This document shows positions 24,159 to 38,035 of a stretch of 64,000 nt of DNA, piece by piece (within the stretch, counting starts at the first letter, position 1; every line of letters begins with the position of its first letter). The notes under the pieces were generated by a model. It did not search any database. It worked only from the letters and a program-made list of their open reading frames with translations, and was not told the origin of the DNA. The DNA is taken from the NCBI RefSeq assembly GCF_963921235.1, contig NC_086118.1, forward strand, positions 19,284,001 to 19,348,000, read 5' to 3'. The position numbers and the translations under genes are program-made. This DNA comes from Mobula hypostoma. Lineage: Eukaryota.

Positions 24159-26820
24159 ATCAGTACAAAGACATATTTAGAAATAATGGGCAAGAACTCT
24201 GATAAGTACATACTGTATATTACTAAACTTTGTTGCTAGGCACTATTGTATGCTCATTAGTTTTCACATCCGCATTAATCAACAAAAATTATATGGTTCT
24301 TCAGTAACTATTGAGGTTGCAAATTATCATCAATTCATTCAATTAAACTTTATTGTTCTTCTTCAAGCTACACGATTCTATGACATGCTGGGACAGTCAA
24401 TACCATGTGTTTTACTCCATTCACAATGTACATAGGATTCTTCAAAGGAAGTAGAATGACAAGAGCTATTTCTAATTCTCCACCAGCACCTCTGGAAAAT
24501 AGTTAAATGATCATTGTCTGCAGTGGAATCACATTCTCTTTCAGTGTAATTATATTGGAGATTCACTGAGGAGTCAATGCTGCTTCTCCTAAAGTTAACC
24601 AGTGGCTAAAACCTAACCGCTCTAACGTCCCAACCCATTAAAGGCAGGAGAACTCTGGGTCCTCTGACAGCAACTTCACCAGTGCCACAGGACTGCTGTT
24701 GAAGCTGAACTACAGTCAGCCTGGAACGTAAAGGAGTTATACAAGTTCAAGTTCATTGTCATTCAAATATATACCCGTATACAGCTGAATGAAACAAAGG
24801 ACAAAGGTGCAAAACATATATCACATAAAGTAATATTAACGCAATAATATTAACAGATAGAAAGGATTCTGTCGATGTACAAGTTGACATAAAGTGCATA
24901 TACAACATATAATTAAATATACACAGTATTATGCTACTGATGCAGTCGTAAATAATATGTAGTGGGAGGCAGCAGCGTGTCTAGAATTCTCACAGTCTGG
25001 GGAAAGAAGCCTAAGAGTCCTTGGTCTGATAGTGCAGGTACCTTCTGCCTGACAGTAGGAGGCCAAAGAGATCATGAGGCAGATGGGAGAGGTCTGTGAC
25101 AGTGCTGAGGGCTCTGCAAACACAATGCTTCTGGACGTGCCATCGAATGAATCAAGTTAGCTCTGGCATTATGGTACGTATGTGGGGTATTAAACCTCAA
25201 GAATGATTTACTACCTTCTTGCAGAATCTATCAACATGCCACTCGCTATCCTTTCAATATCGTGGAAAAGTTGTTTGTTTATGCTTGAAAATGTTGTCCA
25301 AGCTTTGAATTTCTCAGTATTAAATACCCACACCCTTCTGTACTTGATTTTTTTTTTTGTGTGTCTGTTATCCAGTAATAAGCAAACATATATCTGTTTA
25401 AAGTTTTGTGTCCAGTAGATTTCAATGTAGGCAACATCATTCATAGAGACCCAAACACCCTTAACCCTGCAATAACTCAGGTTTGGATTGTAAACTGTCA
25501 AGAGGTTACATCAATTACGACATAAAGTTTGTTACTCTTATATTCTGTTGGACCACTTGATGTATTTACTGAATACTCTTGGAAAGAAAGGCATCAATTT
25601 TATCTGAATTACTTGCTCCTGTTACATCTGGTGACATAAACATTACCTCAAAGGGTAGCCATTATTTCTAATAGTACTTTGTCATTGCTATTGAATTATA
25701 TTTCATTTTCTTTAGAGTCAGTCTCAACTCAAATTACACTGGTTGTGACTAAATGTAGTTTGCACAGGATGACCTCAATAATCATATTTTAAACCTCTTG
25801 GATTCTGAATAAGAATACAAGAAGAACATTTGTGTATCTTTTTGGTTTTGTTTTCAATTTTAGCTGGTATTCTATACAGTTTTCATTCATTTCATGCCTG
25901 TGGCAATTGTGAATTCTTTTCGAAACTTCAGTAACTTGCTTTAAATTACTCCACATTCATGTGTTAAACTGCAGTAGTTCCTCGGTTTAATATGACCAAG
26001 TTATTTTAAATAATTATCATTGAGATTTTCAGGACAGCTTTTGCCTGGAGGACAGGTTTGCGTGACCTTGATAATGAAGACGTGTGACTTCACCCATGAC
26101 ATTCAAAGAAAGATTACTGATTGAAAACAATTATTGCAAAGTAAAAATTAGGAAGGGAAAAAGCTGAAGTAAAAACAAACGATGCCAGAAGTCAGGTAAT
26201 ATCTGCATAAAATACAGAAAATCTTTCGGATTGATAACATTCTGTTTTCCTGCTTTATACGCAAAAATCAATTCAACTGATTTTAAGTGAGCTAAACTCT
26301 CATTATATGACTTGACCAAGTGAGCGGCTTTAAGGTCAATGCTCCTCTTTGACCATAAGACCATAAATCATAGGAGCACAATTAGGCCATTCAGCCCATT
26401 GAGTCTGCTCCACCATTCCATCATGGCTGATCCCAGATCCCACTCAACCCCATACCCCTGCCTTCCCTCCATATCCTTTGATGCCCTGATTGAATCAGGA
26501 AATATCGGAAGCAATATCAATCAAGTAAGAAAACTGTTCTACCAAGATTACCAAGTAGATCTGTTGGTGGATATGCCCATAAATAGACAATTCCTCATCA
26601 GAGGTTGTGGCACAAACTTCTGCTGAATGGAGCACCTGCTGCAGGCTTCTGCATGTTGGAGTTCCTCGTGGAATACAATGGAACAGCACAGGTTGGGACA
26701 TTCTCTCACTCAACCTAAGCCAAGTTAAGTGGATGTATAGACAGTGAGCTCAAAGTGAGAAAATGAGTGCCAGGAGGAAGGTATGTAAAGCATTTATCTA
26801 ATTTAATTATGCTAACTTTA

Positions 26821-27440
26821 TGAAGGGTGATTGATAAGTACGTGACCTACGATAGAAGGAGTTAATTTTAGAAAACCTAGCACATTTATTTTTCCTACAT
26901 TTACACACTTAGTCCAGCGGTCATGGAGCATACGGATCCCTTCTTTGTAGAAGTCAGCGTCTTGGACCTCCAGCAAGTGGTCCACAGCAGGGGTGATTGA
27001 TAAGTTCGCGGCCTACGGTAGAAGGAGATGAGTTACTAACTTCAAACTTTCTGTATTTTCCCTCAAAGAGTTGAGCTGCATGTGCATGTAACGAGAGCTG
27101 TATAACTCATTTCCTTCTACTTTAGGCCATGAACTTATCAATCACCCCTGCTGTGGACCACCTGGAGGTCCAAGATGCTCTCGTTACATGCACGTGCAGT
27201 TCTGCTCTTTGAGTGATAATACAGAAAGTTTGAAGTTAATAACTCATCTCCTTCTAGGCCACAAACTTATCAATCACCCCTGCTGTGGACCACTTCTACA
27301 AAGAAGGGATCCGTATGCTCCACGACCGCTGGACTAAGTGTGTACGTGTAGGAGGGGACTATGTTGAAAAATAAATGAGCTAAGTTTTCTAAAATTGACT
27401 CCTTCTACCTTAGACCATGAACTTATCAATCACCCCTTGT
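26821..27440. mobile_element. Mariner-derived fold-back/MITE with multiple internal TIR copies
   Basis: Both ends carry the same mariner 3' end in inverted orientation (FYKEGIRMLHDRWTKCVRVGGDYVEK* at ~27294-27374; reverse copy at ~26885-26953). The core GGGTGATTGATAAGT or its reverse complement occurs five times. Confidence 0.88.
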
Positions 27441-28839
27441 CGTATTGGAAATGTGGATTTATATCTTTAACTTTAAGATTACTTACAATTTCAATTCTTC
27501 TCATTTTTTTTTAACCTTGGAAGCATTGGGAATGATTAGGGACGATTGTGAATGGCAGAAATTTAAACACTAGGGTGTGACAACCTATGAACCTGGAGCG
27601 GGAAGCGGTCTGGGATCTCACTGCTGTTAACACTGGACATGTCACTGCAGCCAGCCTCCCGGAGGAAGATAATTCCTACTATTAGCAAACTGATTACGTT
27701 GATAAGATAGTTTTAGAGGGGTAAGGGCCAAATGAAAGCAAATGTGACTAGCTCAGTATTACATTTTTGTCAGCATGATCAAATTGGGCTGAAAGGACTA
27801 TTGTTGTTATATAAATTTATGAACCGATGACTAAATCCTTAAGTTGACCAATGCAAAATACGTGATGAAGAGTAATTTCACTTTTAGCTTTACTTTGGAA
27901 TGTCTTAGAAAATGTACTCCCTCATTTTTCTAATTATTATCTTTTTCATTCTTGAGATCTTGAGTCTGTGATTAACATATTACTCTCGTGGCGTGCTCTA
28001 GGCTCTCAGTAATGCTTCTTGAAGCTCATTAACAGGAAGTACCAGAAGCCATTCCAATATGATTCTTTCTATTTTCCATCTGATTTTCCCATCCCAAGTG
28101 AAAAGATGATGATATCTTTTATCCTTGCCATAGTTCACGTGCATTGCTAAATGCAGCATGTGCCTCAGTCAGATTGCAGTTGAGGTTCTTTTTTGAGAGT
28201 ATTCAGAAAAGAGCCAGATGTTTGGCATTGTGCTGAATCCATGAAGCACTGGATTTGACCCATAGCTCAGAGGTTGGAAAGTACCTTGTCCTATGATCAC
28301 ATATTTTTCTGCACATCTTGATCAGCACAGATGGAGAAAAGATTCTTTACTTGTTTAGAATTTTTAAGTAGTTCTACATGGGTGCATTGAAATTTATCTT
28401 ACCAGGTATCTGAAAATTACTTATAAAACTTTTAGTATCTCACACCGTTGCAATATGTACAATCACAGATTACTATTTTTGTATTCCTTGATGGATTTTC
28501 ATCACAATCAGTAACTCTTGTGTGCCCAGTGAAAGTAGATCTTGTAAATTCCCACTGGTGTGATTCCGGGACTATAAAGGATTTAAACCCCATGCCTGTT
28601 CTGTTTTTCATAAAGATCACAAATCTTATTCTTTAGAGCAACTTTCTTGCATTAATTCAGTATCCCCTAAAGTGTACTCATTATACTTCTTGCCAGTATA
28701 TTTCTTGAAATACTTACTGTATTTCTCTTTCATCCAACATTTACGTTAGTTTTAAAATACAAAATGAAGTAAAATGGCATTTTCAGCAAAAAGTTAAGAA
28801 TATTTATTTGCAATGACATTCTTTTAATTTCTAATTATG

Positions 28840-29045
28840 TAAGACCATAAGATATAAGAGAATAATTGGGCCATTTGGCTCATCGAGTCTGTTCTGCCAT
28901 TTCATCTTGGCTGATCCATTTCCCTCTCAGCCCCAATCTCCTGCCTTCTCCCCGTGACCCTTCATACACTGACTAATCAAGAACCTATCAATCTATGCCT
29001 TAAATACCCAATGTCTTAGCCTCCACGACCACCTGTGGCAACGTA
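28840..29045 (-). mobile_element. CR1 3' end fragment
   Basis: AAGACCATAAGATATAAG tail and CR1 3' UTR, similar to 49035-49250. Confidence 0.75.
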
Positions 29046-29179
29046 TTACTACTAATTGTACACCACACTTAAAGTGTTGTCCACTCAATATTTTGTACAG
29101 CTGCAACAAGAAAATCATACATATGCAAGAAATAAACGTAGCATCTTCCCAAATATAATTTATAAGGTTTTTGAAAATA

Positions 29180-30230
29180 CCAGGGTTGTTGTCAGGTTGG
29201 GAGGGTGTATAATGCAGGAGTGACCACTGTAGTCTCAGCTGTTTTCAATCTCAGTCAATTATTTGGATGAAGGAACTGAATATAACTTGTCCTCGAGTGT
29301 CAATGATAGGAAGTTGGGTGAGAGTGTGAGTTGTGAAGAGAATGCAGAGAGCTTCCGAGAATTTCAAGCTGGCAAAGTGAATGGGCGAAGACATGGTAAA
29401 AGGAATATTATGTGAACAACGTGAAAGTCATCCACTTGGAATGAACACAGAAGACTAGATTTTTTTTTAAAGATGAAAAATTGAAAGTTGCTGGTGATCA
29501 CAAGGTCTTGGATGTAGATGGACATGAATCACTGAAATTCAGCATGCAGATTAAAAAAAAATTTAAAAAACAGGCCTTTATTGCGAGAGAACATGAATAC
29601 ATGAATGAAGAGATATGACTGCGATAATAGAAGACTTCAGTGAAGCCACTTCTGGAATATTGTATCTCCCTATTCATTCCAGAAGTGACTATCGGTTCAC
29701 CAGATTGACTCCTGGAATTGAAATTATCCTGTAAGAAGGAATCAAGGAGACCTGGCACTGCTCTACCATTCAGATGAAAGGGAAGGGCAGCATTATTTCA
29801 ATGAAATGTACACTATTGTTTAGGTGATAACAGGGTTAATATGCAATGCTTGCGAAGGAAAAGCATTTCAGGATGTATATTGTATACATTTCTCTGACAT
29901 TAAATTTGACCTTTGAACCTTTGATGTTTGATCTAGCCGATATGATTGGAACCAGGGTTTACAGCCTCAAGATAAGAGATTAGCTACTCAGGAACACAAT
30001 GTCAAGTAAATTCCTTCAACCAGATTGTAAAGAATCTTTAGAATTCTTTACTCAGTAGGGCTGAGGATGCTCAGTGCTAGGTATGTTCAAGACAGAGTCA
30101 GATTTTTAGATGCTCAGGATCAAGAAATATGAGTTTGTGGAGCTGAGTTAAAATGTCAGATATGACCTTACTGAATGGGGAAGCAGGAACATGGGACTCC
30201 AGAACCTGTTTTGCTTCTATTTATATTTTT
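29180..30230 (+). mobile_element. Old degenerate CR1-like LINE 3' part
   Basis: Remnant motifs NYLDEG, VKPLLEYC and a CR1-like 3' UTR. Confidence 0.55.
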
Positions 30231-31269
30231 ATTAATATACAGTTTAAGTTAATGATGAAGAATATTGCTAATATTTAAATTGCATAAGGAAATTTCGAAT
30301 ACACTGTGGATCAATTTATATCAAGGATTACTTTATACCATCAAAGGAGATGGGAACACCAAAATTAGGGAATGAAAGTTGAGCAATGTAACTGGTGTAT
30401 GCAGAGCCTGGGCATAAACTAAGGTCTGTAATTTTAAGTGAGCAATGTTAATGCAATTTATCCTGCAGTTCCAAACAGCATAAAGCATATAAATATCCTT
30501 TTGGTAAAGTAAACCTAGGAGTAAATTCAGCAAAAGAAAACACCATCTGAGGGTTTCAAATAAATTCAGTAGCTGAAAATCCAGTTCTAAAGCTTACTAA
30601 GATTTTGTTTATGCCAAAACTTTGGTTCACTTTAGTGCTGTCATTTGTTTAGACTACAGTGACAGGCTAATAATACAGTGTAGACCAAAGCTATTACCTT
30701 ACTTCCCTAACTGTAGATCAAACTTAAGTCTCTGAGAGCCATTGTAGCTCTTCTATTCATTACCTCCGTCAATAAGAGTGACAATATATTACAAACATTA
30801 AACTGGTAAATGAAGCCCATTCAAGTGAAACCTCAATCTCCCTACGTAATGCAAGCAATAGTTGTAGAATTGGAGAGGGGTTCCAATTTCCACCAAGTCA
30901 CATGGTATCAGGATCATTTTGAAGCATGCTATGCACAGACAAAACATGGTTATACTGTGGTGCTCAGGCTGCTAGGAACTGGGGTAAACAATTTTGAAGA
31001 TGCAATTAAATGCATGGATGAAACATTGCTCAGCCAACTCTGATTATGATTAAAAATTTTGACCCCCAAGCAGATGTTGATAGGATAATTTATTTTCAAC
31101 ACTGAAGCTTTGAAAGTAACACTTGCAGAAATTAATTCTTCTACATCGTTCTTCAACGGGGGTAGTGTGTAATTTTAGAGCAACTGAAGCATGAGTTTGA
31201 GGTGTGTGCTTATTCCATTTCAGCCAAACTACAAGTTCCAAGTCTCCACAAAAAATTCAAATTATAGCA

Positions 31270-34200
31270 GAATGTTGGGTCCATAGTTAGAGGAATAGAG
31301 GCGAGATTCTGTTGATGTGATAGAGACATAAAGGGAATATGTTGCCTCCCAGGTGCCAGGGTCAGGGATGTCTCAGATCTCATTAACAGCATTTTAAAGG
31401 GAGGTTGAGCAGCTGGTAGTCTTGGGTACATACTGGCACCAATGACGTAGGTTGGAAAGATGAGAAGAGAGATTTTAGGGAGCTCAGGAGAAAGCTGAAA
31501 AGCAGGATGGCCAGGGTAGTAATCTTTGGATTGCTGCCTGTGATACACACCAGTGAGGGTAGAATCGGAGCATTTGGCAGATAAAGGCATGACTGAGGAA
31601 TGGGTGCAGGGGGTAGGGGTTCAGATTGCTGGATCACTGGGATCCCGCCTGGGGATATTACAACCTGTACAACAAGAACGGGTTACACTTGAACCCGAAA
31701 GGGACCAATATCCTGCGGGCAGGTTTACGAGAGCTGTTTAGGAGGGCTTAAGCTAATCTTGCAGGGGGTTGGAAGCTGGAGTGATAGGGCTAAGAGTGGG
31801 GCAGTTGATTTACAGAGGCAGTATGTAGTGAGACTCCTAGCAAGGACAGGGCAAACTTGCAGTCAGTGGAATGAGTTGCAATGTAAAAGGAGGACAAAAT
31901 CAAAAAGGGTGATGATTACAGAACTGACAGTGTTATATCCGAATGCACGCAGTATACAGGATAAGATAGATGAACTTGTAGCACAGTTACAGACTGGCAA
32001 ATATAACATTGTAGCATCACTGTGACATGGCTGAAGGAAGATTATAGCTGAGAGCTTAACATTCAAGAATACACATTGCATTGAAAGGACGGGCAAGTAG
32101 GGCTGGTGTGACTCTGTTGGTAAAACGTGAAATCAATCCTCCGAAAGAGATGACATAGGATCAGAGGGTGTAGAATCCTTGTGGGTAGATCTAAGAAACT
32201 GCATAGAGGGGAAAAAAAATGATGGGCAGGATATACAGCCCTCTGAACAGTAGCCAAGATGTGGGTGACAAATTACAAAAAGCATGTCAAAAGTGCAATG
32301 TTCTGATAGTCATGGGGAATTTCAATATGCAGCTAGATTGGGGAAATCAGGTTGATGCTGGATCCCAATGGAGGCAGTTTGTAGAATGCCTACAAGATGG
32401 CATTTTAGAGCAGCCTGTGGTTGAGCCCACTAGGGGGTCAGCTACACTGGATAGGGTGTTATGCAATGAACAGGAATTGATTAGAGAGCTAAGATAAAGG
32501 AACAGTGAGTGGTCAGTGAACTTAATATGATAGAACTCATTCAGCAATTTGAAAGGGAAAAGATAAAGTCAGCTGTATCAGTATTACAGTGCACTAAAGG
32601 GAATTACAGAGGAATGAAAGAGGAGCTGGCAAAGGTTGATTGGAAGGAGACACTAGCAGAGTAGCAATGTCTAGAAATTCTGGCTGTACTTCAGAAGGTG
32701 CAGTATGGATACATCCCAAAGAAGAACTATTCTAAAGGCAGGATAACTCAAGCATGGCTGAGAAAGAAGTCAACTGCAACATAAAAGACAAGGAAAGGGC
32801 ACATAATAGAACAAAAATTATTGAGCAGTTAGATCATTGGGAAGCTTTTAAAAACCAACATAAGGCTACTAAAAAAACCATAAGGAGGGAAACAGTGAAA
32901 TATGAGGTAAGCTAGCCAATAATATTAAAGAGGATACCAAAAGTTTCTTCAGATATATAAAGAGCAAGAGAGAGTTGAGAATAGATATTGAACTGCTGGA
33001 GAAGTAGTAATGGGGGGCGGGGAACAAGGAAATAGCGGATGAACTGAATAAATATTTTGCATCAGTCTTCACTCTGGAAGACACTAGCAGTACGCTGGAA
33101 GTTTGATAGTGTTAGGGGGCAGAAGTGAGTGAAGTTGCCATTACTAGGGAGATGGTGCTTGGAAACTGAAAAATATGAAAGTAGATAAGTCACCTGGGCC
33201 AGCCGGACTGGATTCCAGTGTTTTAAAAGAGATAGCTGAAGAGATTGTGGAGGCATTACTAATAATCTTTCAAGAATCAATACATTCTAGCATGGTTCTG
33301 GAAGACTGGAAAATTTCAAACGATATTCACTCTTCAAGAAGGGAGAGAGGCACAAAAAAAATTGTAGGCCAGTTAGTCTGACCTCAGTGTTTAAGAAGAT
33401 GCTGGAGTCGATTGTTATAGATGTGGATTTGGTGTACTTGGTGGCATATGATAAAATATGTCGAAGTCAGCATGGTTTCCTTAAGGGAAAATCTTGCCTC
33501 AAAAATCCATTACAGCTCTTTCAGGAAATAACAAGCAGGATAGACAAAGGAGAATCAGTGGATGTTGTGTACTTGGATTTTCAGAAGGCCTTTGACAAGG
33601 TGCTGCACCTGAGGCTACTTAACAAGATGAGAGCCCGTGGTATTACAGGACAGATGATAACATGGATGAACTAGTGACTGATTGGCAGGAGGCATAGAGT
33701 GAGAATAACGGGAGCCTCTTCTGGTTGGCTTCTGGTGACTAGAGGTGTTCCACAGGGGTCTGTGCTGGGGCTGCTTATTTTACATTATTTGTCAATGATT
33801 CAGATAATGGAATTGATGGCTTTGTGACAAAGTTTGTGGACAATATGAAGGTAGGTGAAGGGACAGGTAGTGTTGTGGAAACAGGGAAGCTGCAGAGTAA
33901 TTAGACAGATTAGAATAATGGGCAAAAAATTGGCAGATGCAATACAGTGCCGAAAAGTGTATGATCATGCACTTTGGTAGAATAAACAAAAGTGCAGCTT
34001 TCTCAAAAATGCAAAAGTCCGAGGTGCAAAGGGACTTGGGAGTCCTCGTGCTGGATTCAGTAAAGGTTAATTTACAGGTTGAGTCAATGGTGAGGAAGGC
34101 AAATGCGACGTTAGCATTCATTTCAAGAGGACTAGAATATAAAAGCAAGGAAATAATGTTAAGGCTTTATAGGGCACTGGCAAAGCCTCACGTGGAGTAT

Positions 34201-34525
34201 TTTGAGCAATCTTAGGCTCCTTATCTAAAAAACGATGTGCTGACTTTGGAGGGTGTTTAGAGGAGGCAAAAGTCAAGAGTCTAGAACTAGAGAACACAGG
34301 TTTAAGATAAGAGGAGATCTGAAAGTTAAAGTCACGCAAGGGATTGTCGGTATATAGAAAGTGAGAAAGTGATGGAGGCTTTAAGAAGTTATACCATTTT
34401 AAAGATATTTGGAGAGAGACATGGATTGGAAAGGTTTAGAGGGATATAGGCCAAGTACAGGCAAATGGGATGTTCAGGTCGGCCTGGACAAACAGGGCCT
34501 TTTGCTATAGAACTTTATGACTGTA
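31270..34525 (+). mobile_element. CR1 LINE, long degenerate copy (ORF1 esterase end plus ORF2)
   Basis: ICCLPGARV, NARSIQDKIDEL, MGNFN, VDKSPGP, QHGFLKGKSCL, DVVYLDFQKAFDKV, GVPQGSVLG and AFISRGLEYK in successive short ORFs. Confidence 0.9.
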
Positions 34526-36269
34526 TAACTAAACATTACAATATTAGGAAGTGTTTAGATTCAGTATGGCTCATCTAGTGGTACACATTTCTAGCTCAGT
34601 GGATTGTTAGCTTTGATCTCACTTTAGAAGCCTGAGTCCTGTTTATAATGTAGTGTTACCTTTAAGAATGGGTGCACCATATAGCATAACTTCCATACAT
34701 TCTGTACCAGTCACAACTGTCAGATCAGTGTTTAAAATACTTTGTTCGGGATTCTTGTCAGCAGCTCTACCTCTGTCCTTTGCCTTCATAATGATCCATC
34801 CCGTTGACATGACACCAATATCACGTTAAAGCTGTTGCTGCCTGAGAAATTTGAAGTCCAGAAACTGAGTGTGAATTTAATAGAAAATTGAGGAAAACAA
34901 ACTGAATTCTGGCGCAGATAATATTGATGCAGAGGATGAACACATGAGTTCTGGTGGAGAGCTCAATACCTACAGGACCTTTGATGTTTACTGAGTTGCT
35001 GCATGGCATGATTCAAGTGCAGATTGAGATAGATGCTTTCAAAGAGGACTGCATTGCAATGTGGAGGCTGTTCAAAAACTCCAAAGATCCCATGAGAATT
35101 TTCACAGCAGGTGAAGATACATCAATGTCAGCCAAATATGGTATAGTCAGGGCACCATAAAACAGATGTAAAGCAGTCATGGAAAAGTTGAAAGCCTTGG
35201 AGAAGCTCTGAAAGGGAGAGAGTGAAGATGGCTTTAACACTTCAAAAGGACGAAAGGAAGGGTCTGATGTCTCCATGAAGACAAAATGAGAAATGGGACA
35301 CAAGACAAAAGCACAAAACATTGAGAGAATCAGGAAGATTCAAACTGAATTAGAGGCAAACTGGAGAAACTATTTGAAGTACCTGCACTTGGATTGGATT
35401 TTTCAGAGGTGTTGAATATGGCTTATAGTAAAGATATTTGTGGATGTGCAGAGTGAGAGACTGGTGATACATAAACATCTATCAATTACATAACTTCATA
35501 ATTGTAAGCACTCAAATGTTGGTGTGAGTTTATTGATATATATTGTTGATGATTTGCACATTAAATTTCTCTATAAAGAGAAGGCAATATTGTTTAAAGA
35601 TAACTTTGAAAAGTGTATCAATCATGTGATATGACTTTATTCATAATTGCACAAAGCACCTCCCTTAGTTAAGAATATATTCCTTTCAAGAAAAAATTGG
35701 TAGCTGTAGACATTACAGATACTAAAACCATTGTGACAATGACTAAGACCCATTCTTTCTTTCAGGTGATATAAAATAGCCTTGCAATACAGTTTTGGAG
35801 CATCTGCTTTGTCTTATAAACAAGCATTCCTCTTATTCCATTTATTCCATTAACGTTAATGGGAAATGATCTGTCTTCATGGGTGGAAAATGGCTGCGTA
35901 TAAATTATCACCCTCTTGTATTCTTGTATTTCTTGTATTACAGAATGATCTCCTAAAAACTAGTTCATTGGATGCAAAGCTCATAAACACAGAGCACATC
36001 TTTCTCCAACACATGGGAATTCCCATACTACAAAATAATTGCAATATTCTCAAAATTTTGGATTTATTATGGTCTTGAGAGCAATTTATGAAATCTGGTC
36101 TACCTGGTGACTTATATTACTCCTGTAATTTTGCACAATATTTATTTTTAAAGCAAATATGGAAAATTGCTAATCTTCTGTCAAGCGATATTTATAAAGA
36201 AGATTCTGCCTTGTAACATGTTTCATGACCTCCAAACATTTTATGGTTAATTACATGTTTTTGAAGTGG

Positions 36270-37050
36270 AAACATAGAAACATAGCAAATTTACAGCACA
36301 TTAAGGCCCTTCGGCCGACAAAGTTGTGTGGAACATGTCCTTACCTTAGAAATTACCTAGGGTTACCCATATCCCTCTATTTTTCTAAGTTCCATGTATC
36401 CATCCAGGAGTCTCTTAAAAGACCCTATCATATTCGCCTCCACCACCATCACCAGCAGCCCATTCCACACACTCACCACTCTCTGTGTAAAAAACTTATC
36501 CCTGACATCTCCTCTGTCCCTACTTCCAAGCATCTTAGAACTGTGCCCTCTCGTGCTATCCATTTCAGCCCTGGGAAAAAGCCTCTAACTATCCACAGGA
36601 TCAATGCCTCTCATCATCTTATACACCTCTATCCAGTTATCTCTCATCCTCCATTACTCCAAGAAGAAAAGGCCGAGTTCACTCAACCTATTCTCATAAG
36701 ACATGCTCCCCAATCCAGGCAACATCCTTGTATATCTCCTCTTTACCCTTTCTATGGTTTCCACATCCTTCCTGTAGTGAAGCGACCAGAACTAAGCACA
36801 GTACTCCAAGTGGGGTCTGACCAGGGTCCTAAATAGCTGCAACATTACCTCTCGGCTCCTAAACTCAATCCCACGATTGATGAAGGCCAATGCACCGTAT
36901 GCCTTCTTAACCATAGAGTCAACCTGCGCAGTCAACCTATGGATTCGGACCCCAAGATCCCTCTGATCCTCCACACTGCCAAGAGTCTTACCATTAATAC
37001 TATATTCTGCCATCATATTTGACCTACCGAAATGAACCATCTCACACTTA
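36270..37050 (-). mobile_element. CR1 LINE 3' fragment
   Basis: KCEMVHFGRSN...LVRPHLEYCA (ORF 36792-37079), FFTQRVVSVWN, and an AAACATAG tail. Confidence 0.9.
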
Positions 37051-37057
37051 CCTGGAA

Positions 37058-37330
37058 AAGCAGCAGCCAATTTATTCACAACAGGATCCTACTGGCAATA
37101 ATGAGTTGAATGACCAAACCATCTATTTCAGGTGTTGGTATCTCCGGTACTATTCTTTTAATGGTTCTGAAGAAACATTTAATGTCTACCTTGGTCTAAC
37201 AGCTCATCTGCAGAGCAAAACTTCTGACCGTGCAACATTGTGTGGGAGCCGTTCAGATTTCTGCCATGCAGTTTGAACTCAGGACCTTCCAGAACAGAGT
37301 GATGAGTGATCCCACTGAATCTAAACTAAT
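37058..37330 (-). mobile_element. Ancient DeuSINE-like remnant
   Basis: CAGCAGCCAATTTATTCACAACAGGATCC...AATGACCA resembles the reverse Deu domain as recalled. A similar plus-strand remnant lies at ~42810-43000. Confidence 0.4.
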
Positions 37331-37394
37331 ACTTCATGGAAGAAGAAACTTTAAACTTCCACATAATGTAGGGTTTTAGTGTTCAATGCTCCAA

Positions 37395-38035
37395 GGTCAG
37401 AATTCAAATAAATTTATTTTCGAAGTATATATATGTCATGATATACAACCCTGTGATTCATTTTCTTGCAGGCATACTCAATAAATCCATAATAGGATAA
37501 TAACCATTATAAAATCAATGAAAGAGAACACCAATTTGAGTGTTCAACCAATGTGCAAAAGGCAACAAATTCTGCAAATACAAAGAGAAAGAAATAATAA
37601 TAATAAATAAGCAAGCAATAAATATCAAGAAAATGAGATGAAGAGTCCTTGAAAATGCGTCCATAGGTTGTGGGAACACTCAATTATGGGGCAAGTGAAG
37701 CTGACTGAAATTATCCCTTTGGTTCGACAGCCTGATGATTGAGGAGTAATAAACTGAACCTGGTGCTGTGAGCCCTGAGGCTCCTGTACCTTCTTCTGAT
37801 AGCAGCAACGAGAAGAGAGCATGACCTAGGTAGTAGGGTCCCTGATGATAGATGCTGCTCTCCTGCGACAAAGCTCCATGTAGGTGTGCTCAAAGTTAGG
37901 GAGTGCTTTACCCATGATGAACTGGGATGCATCCACTACTTTTCGTAGGATTTTCCAATCAATGGCATTGGTGTTTCCCTACCGGGCTGTCATACAGCCA
38001 GTCAATATACTCTCCACCACACATCTATAGAAGTC
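37395..38035 (-). mobile_element. Rex1/Babar-type LINE 3' fragment
   Basis: Minus strand FYRCVVESILTGCMTAR*GN and HALFSLLLSEEG..SLRAHSTRF. Confidence 0.75.

Noticed and set aside
23861..24239. Overlapping ORFs on both strands sharing the same peptides
   Set aside because: This is an artefact of the inverted repeat in the PLE fold-back element.
26821..27440. CRISPR-like array (recurring ~30-bp repeat)
   Set aside because: The repeats are in mixed orientation with irregular, mutually homologous spacers and are mariner TIRs. The context is eukaryotic and has no cas genes.
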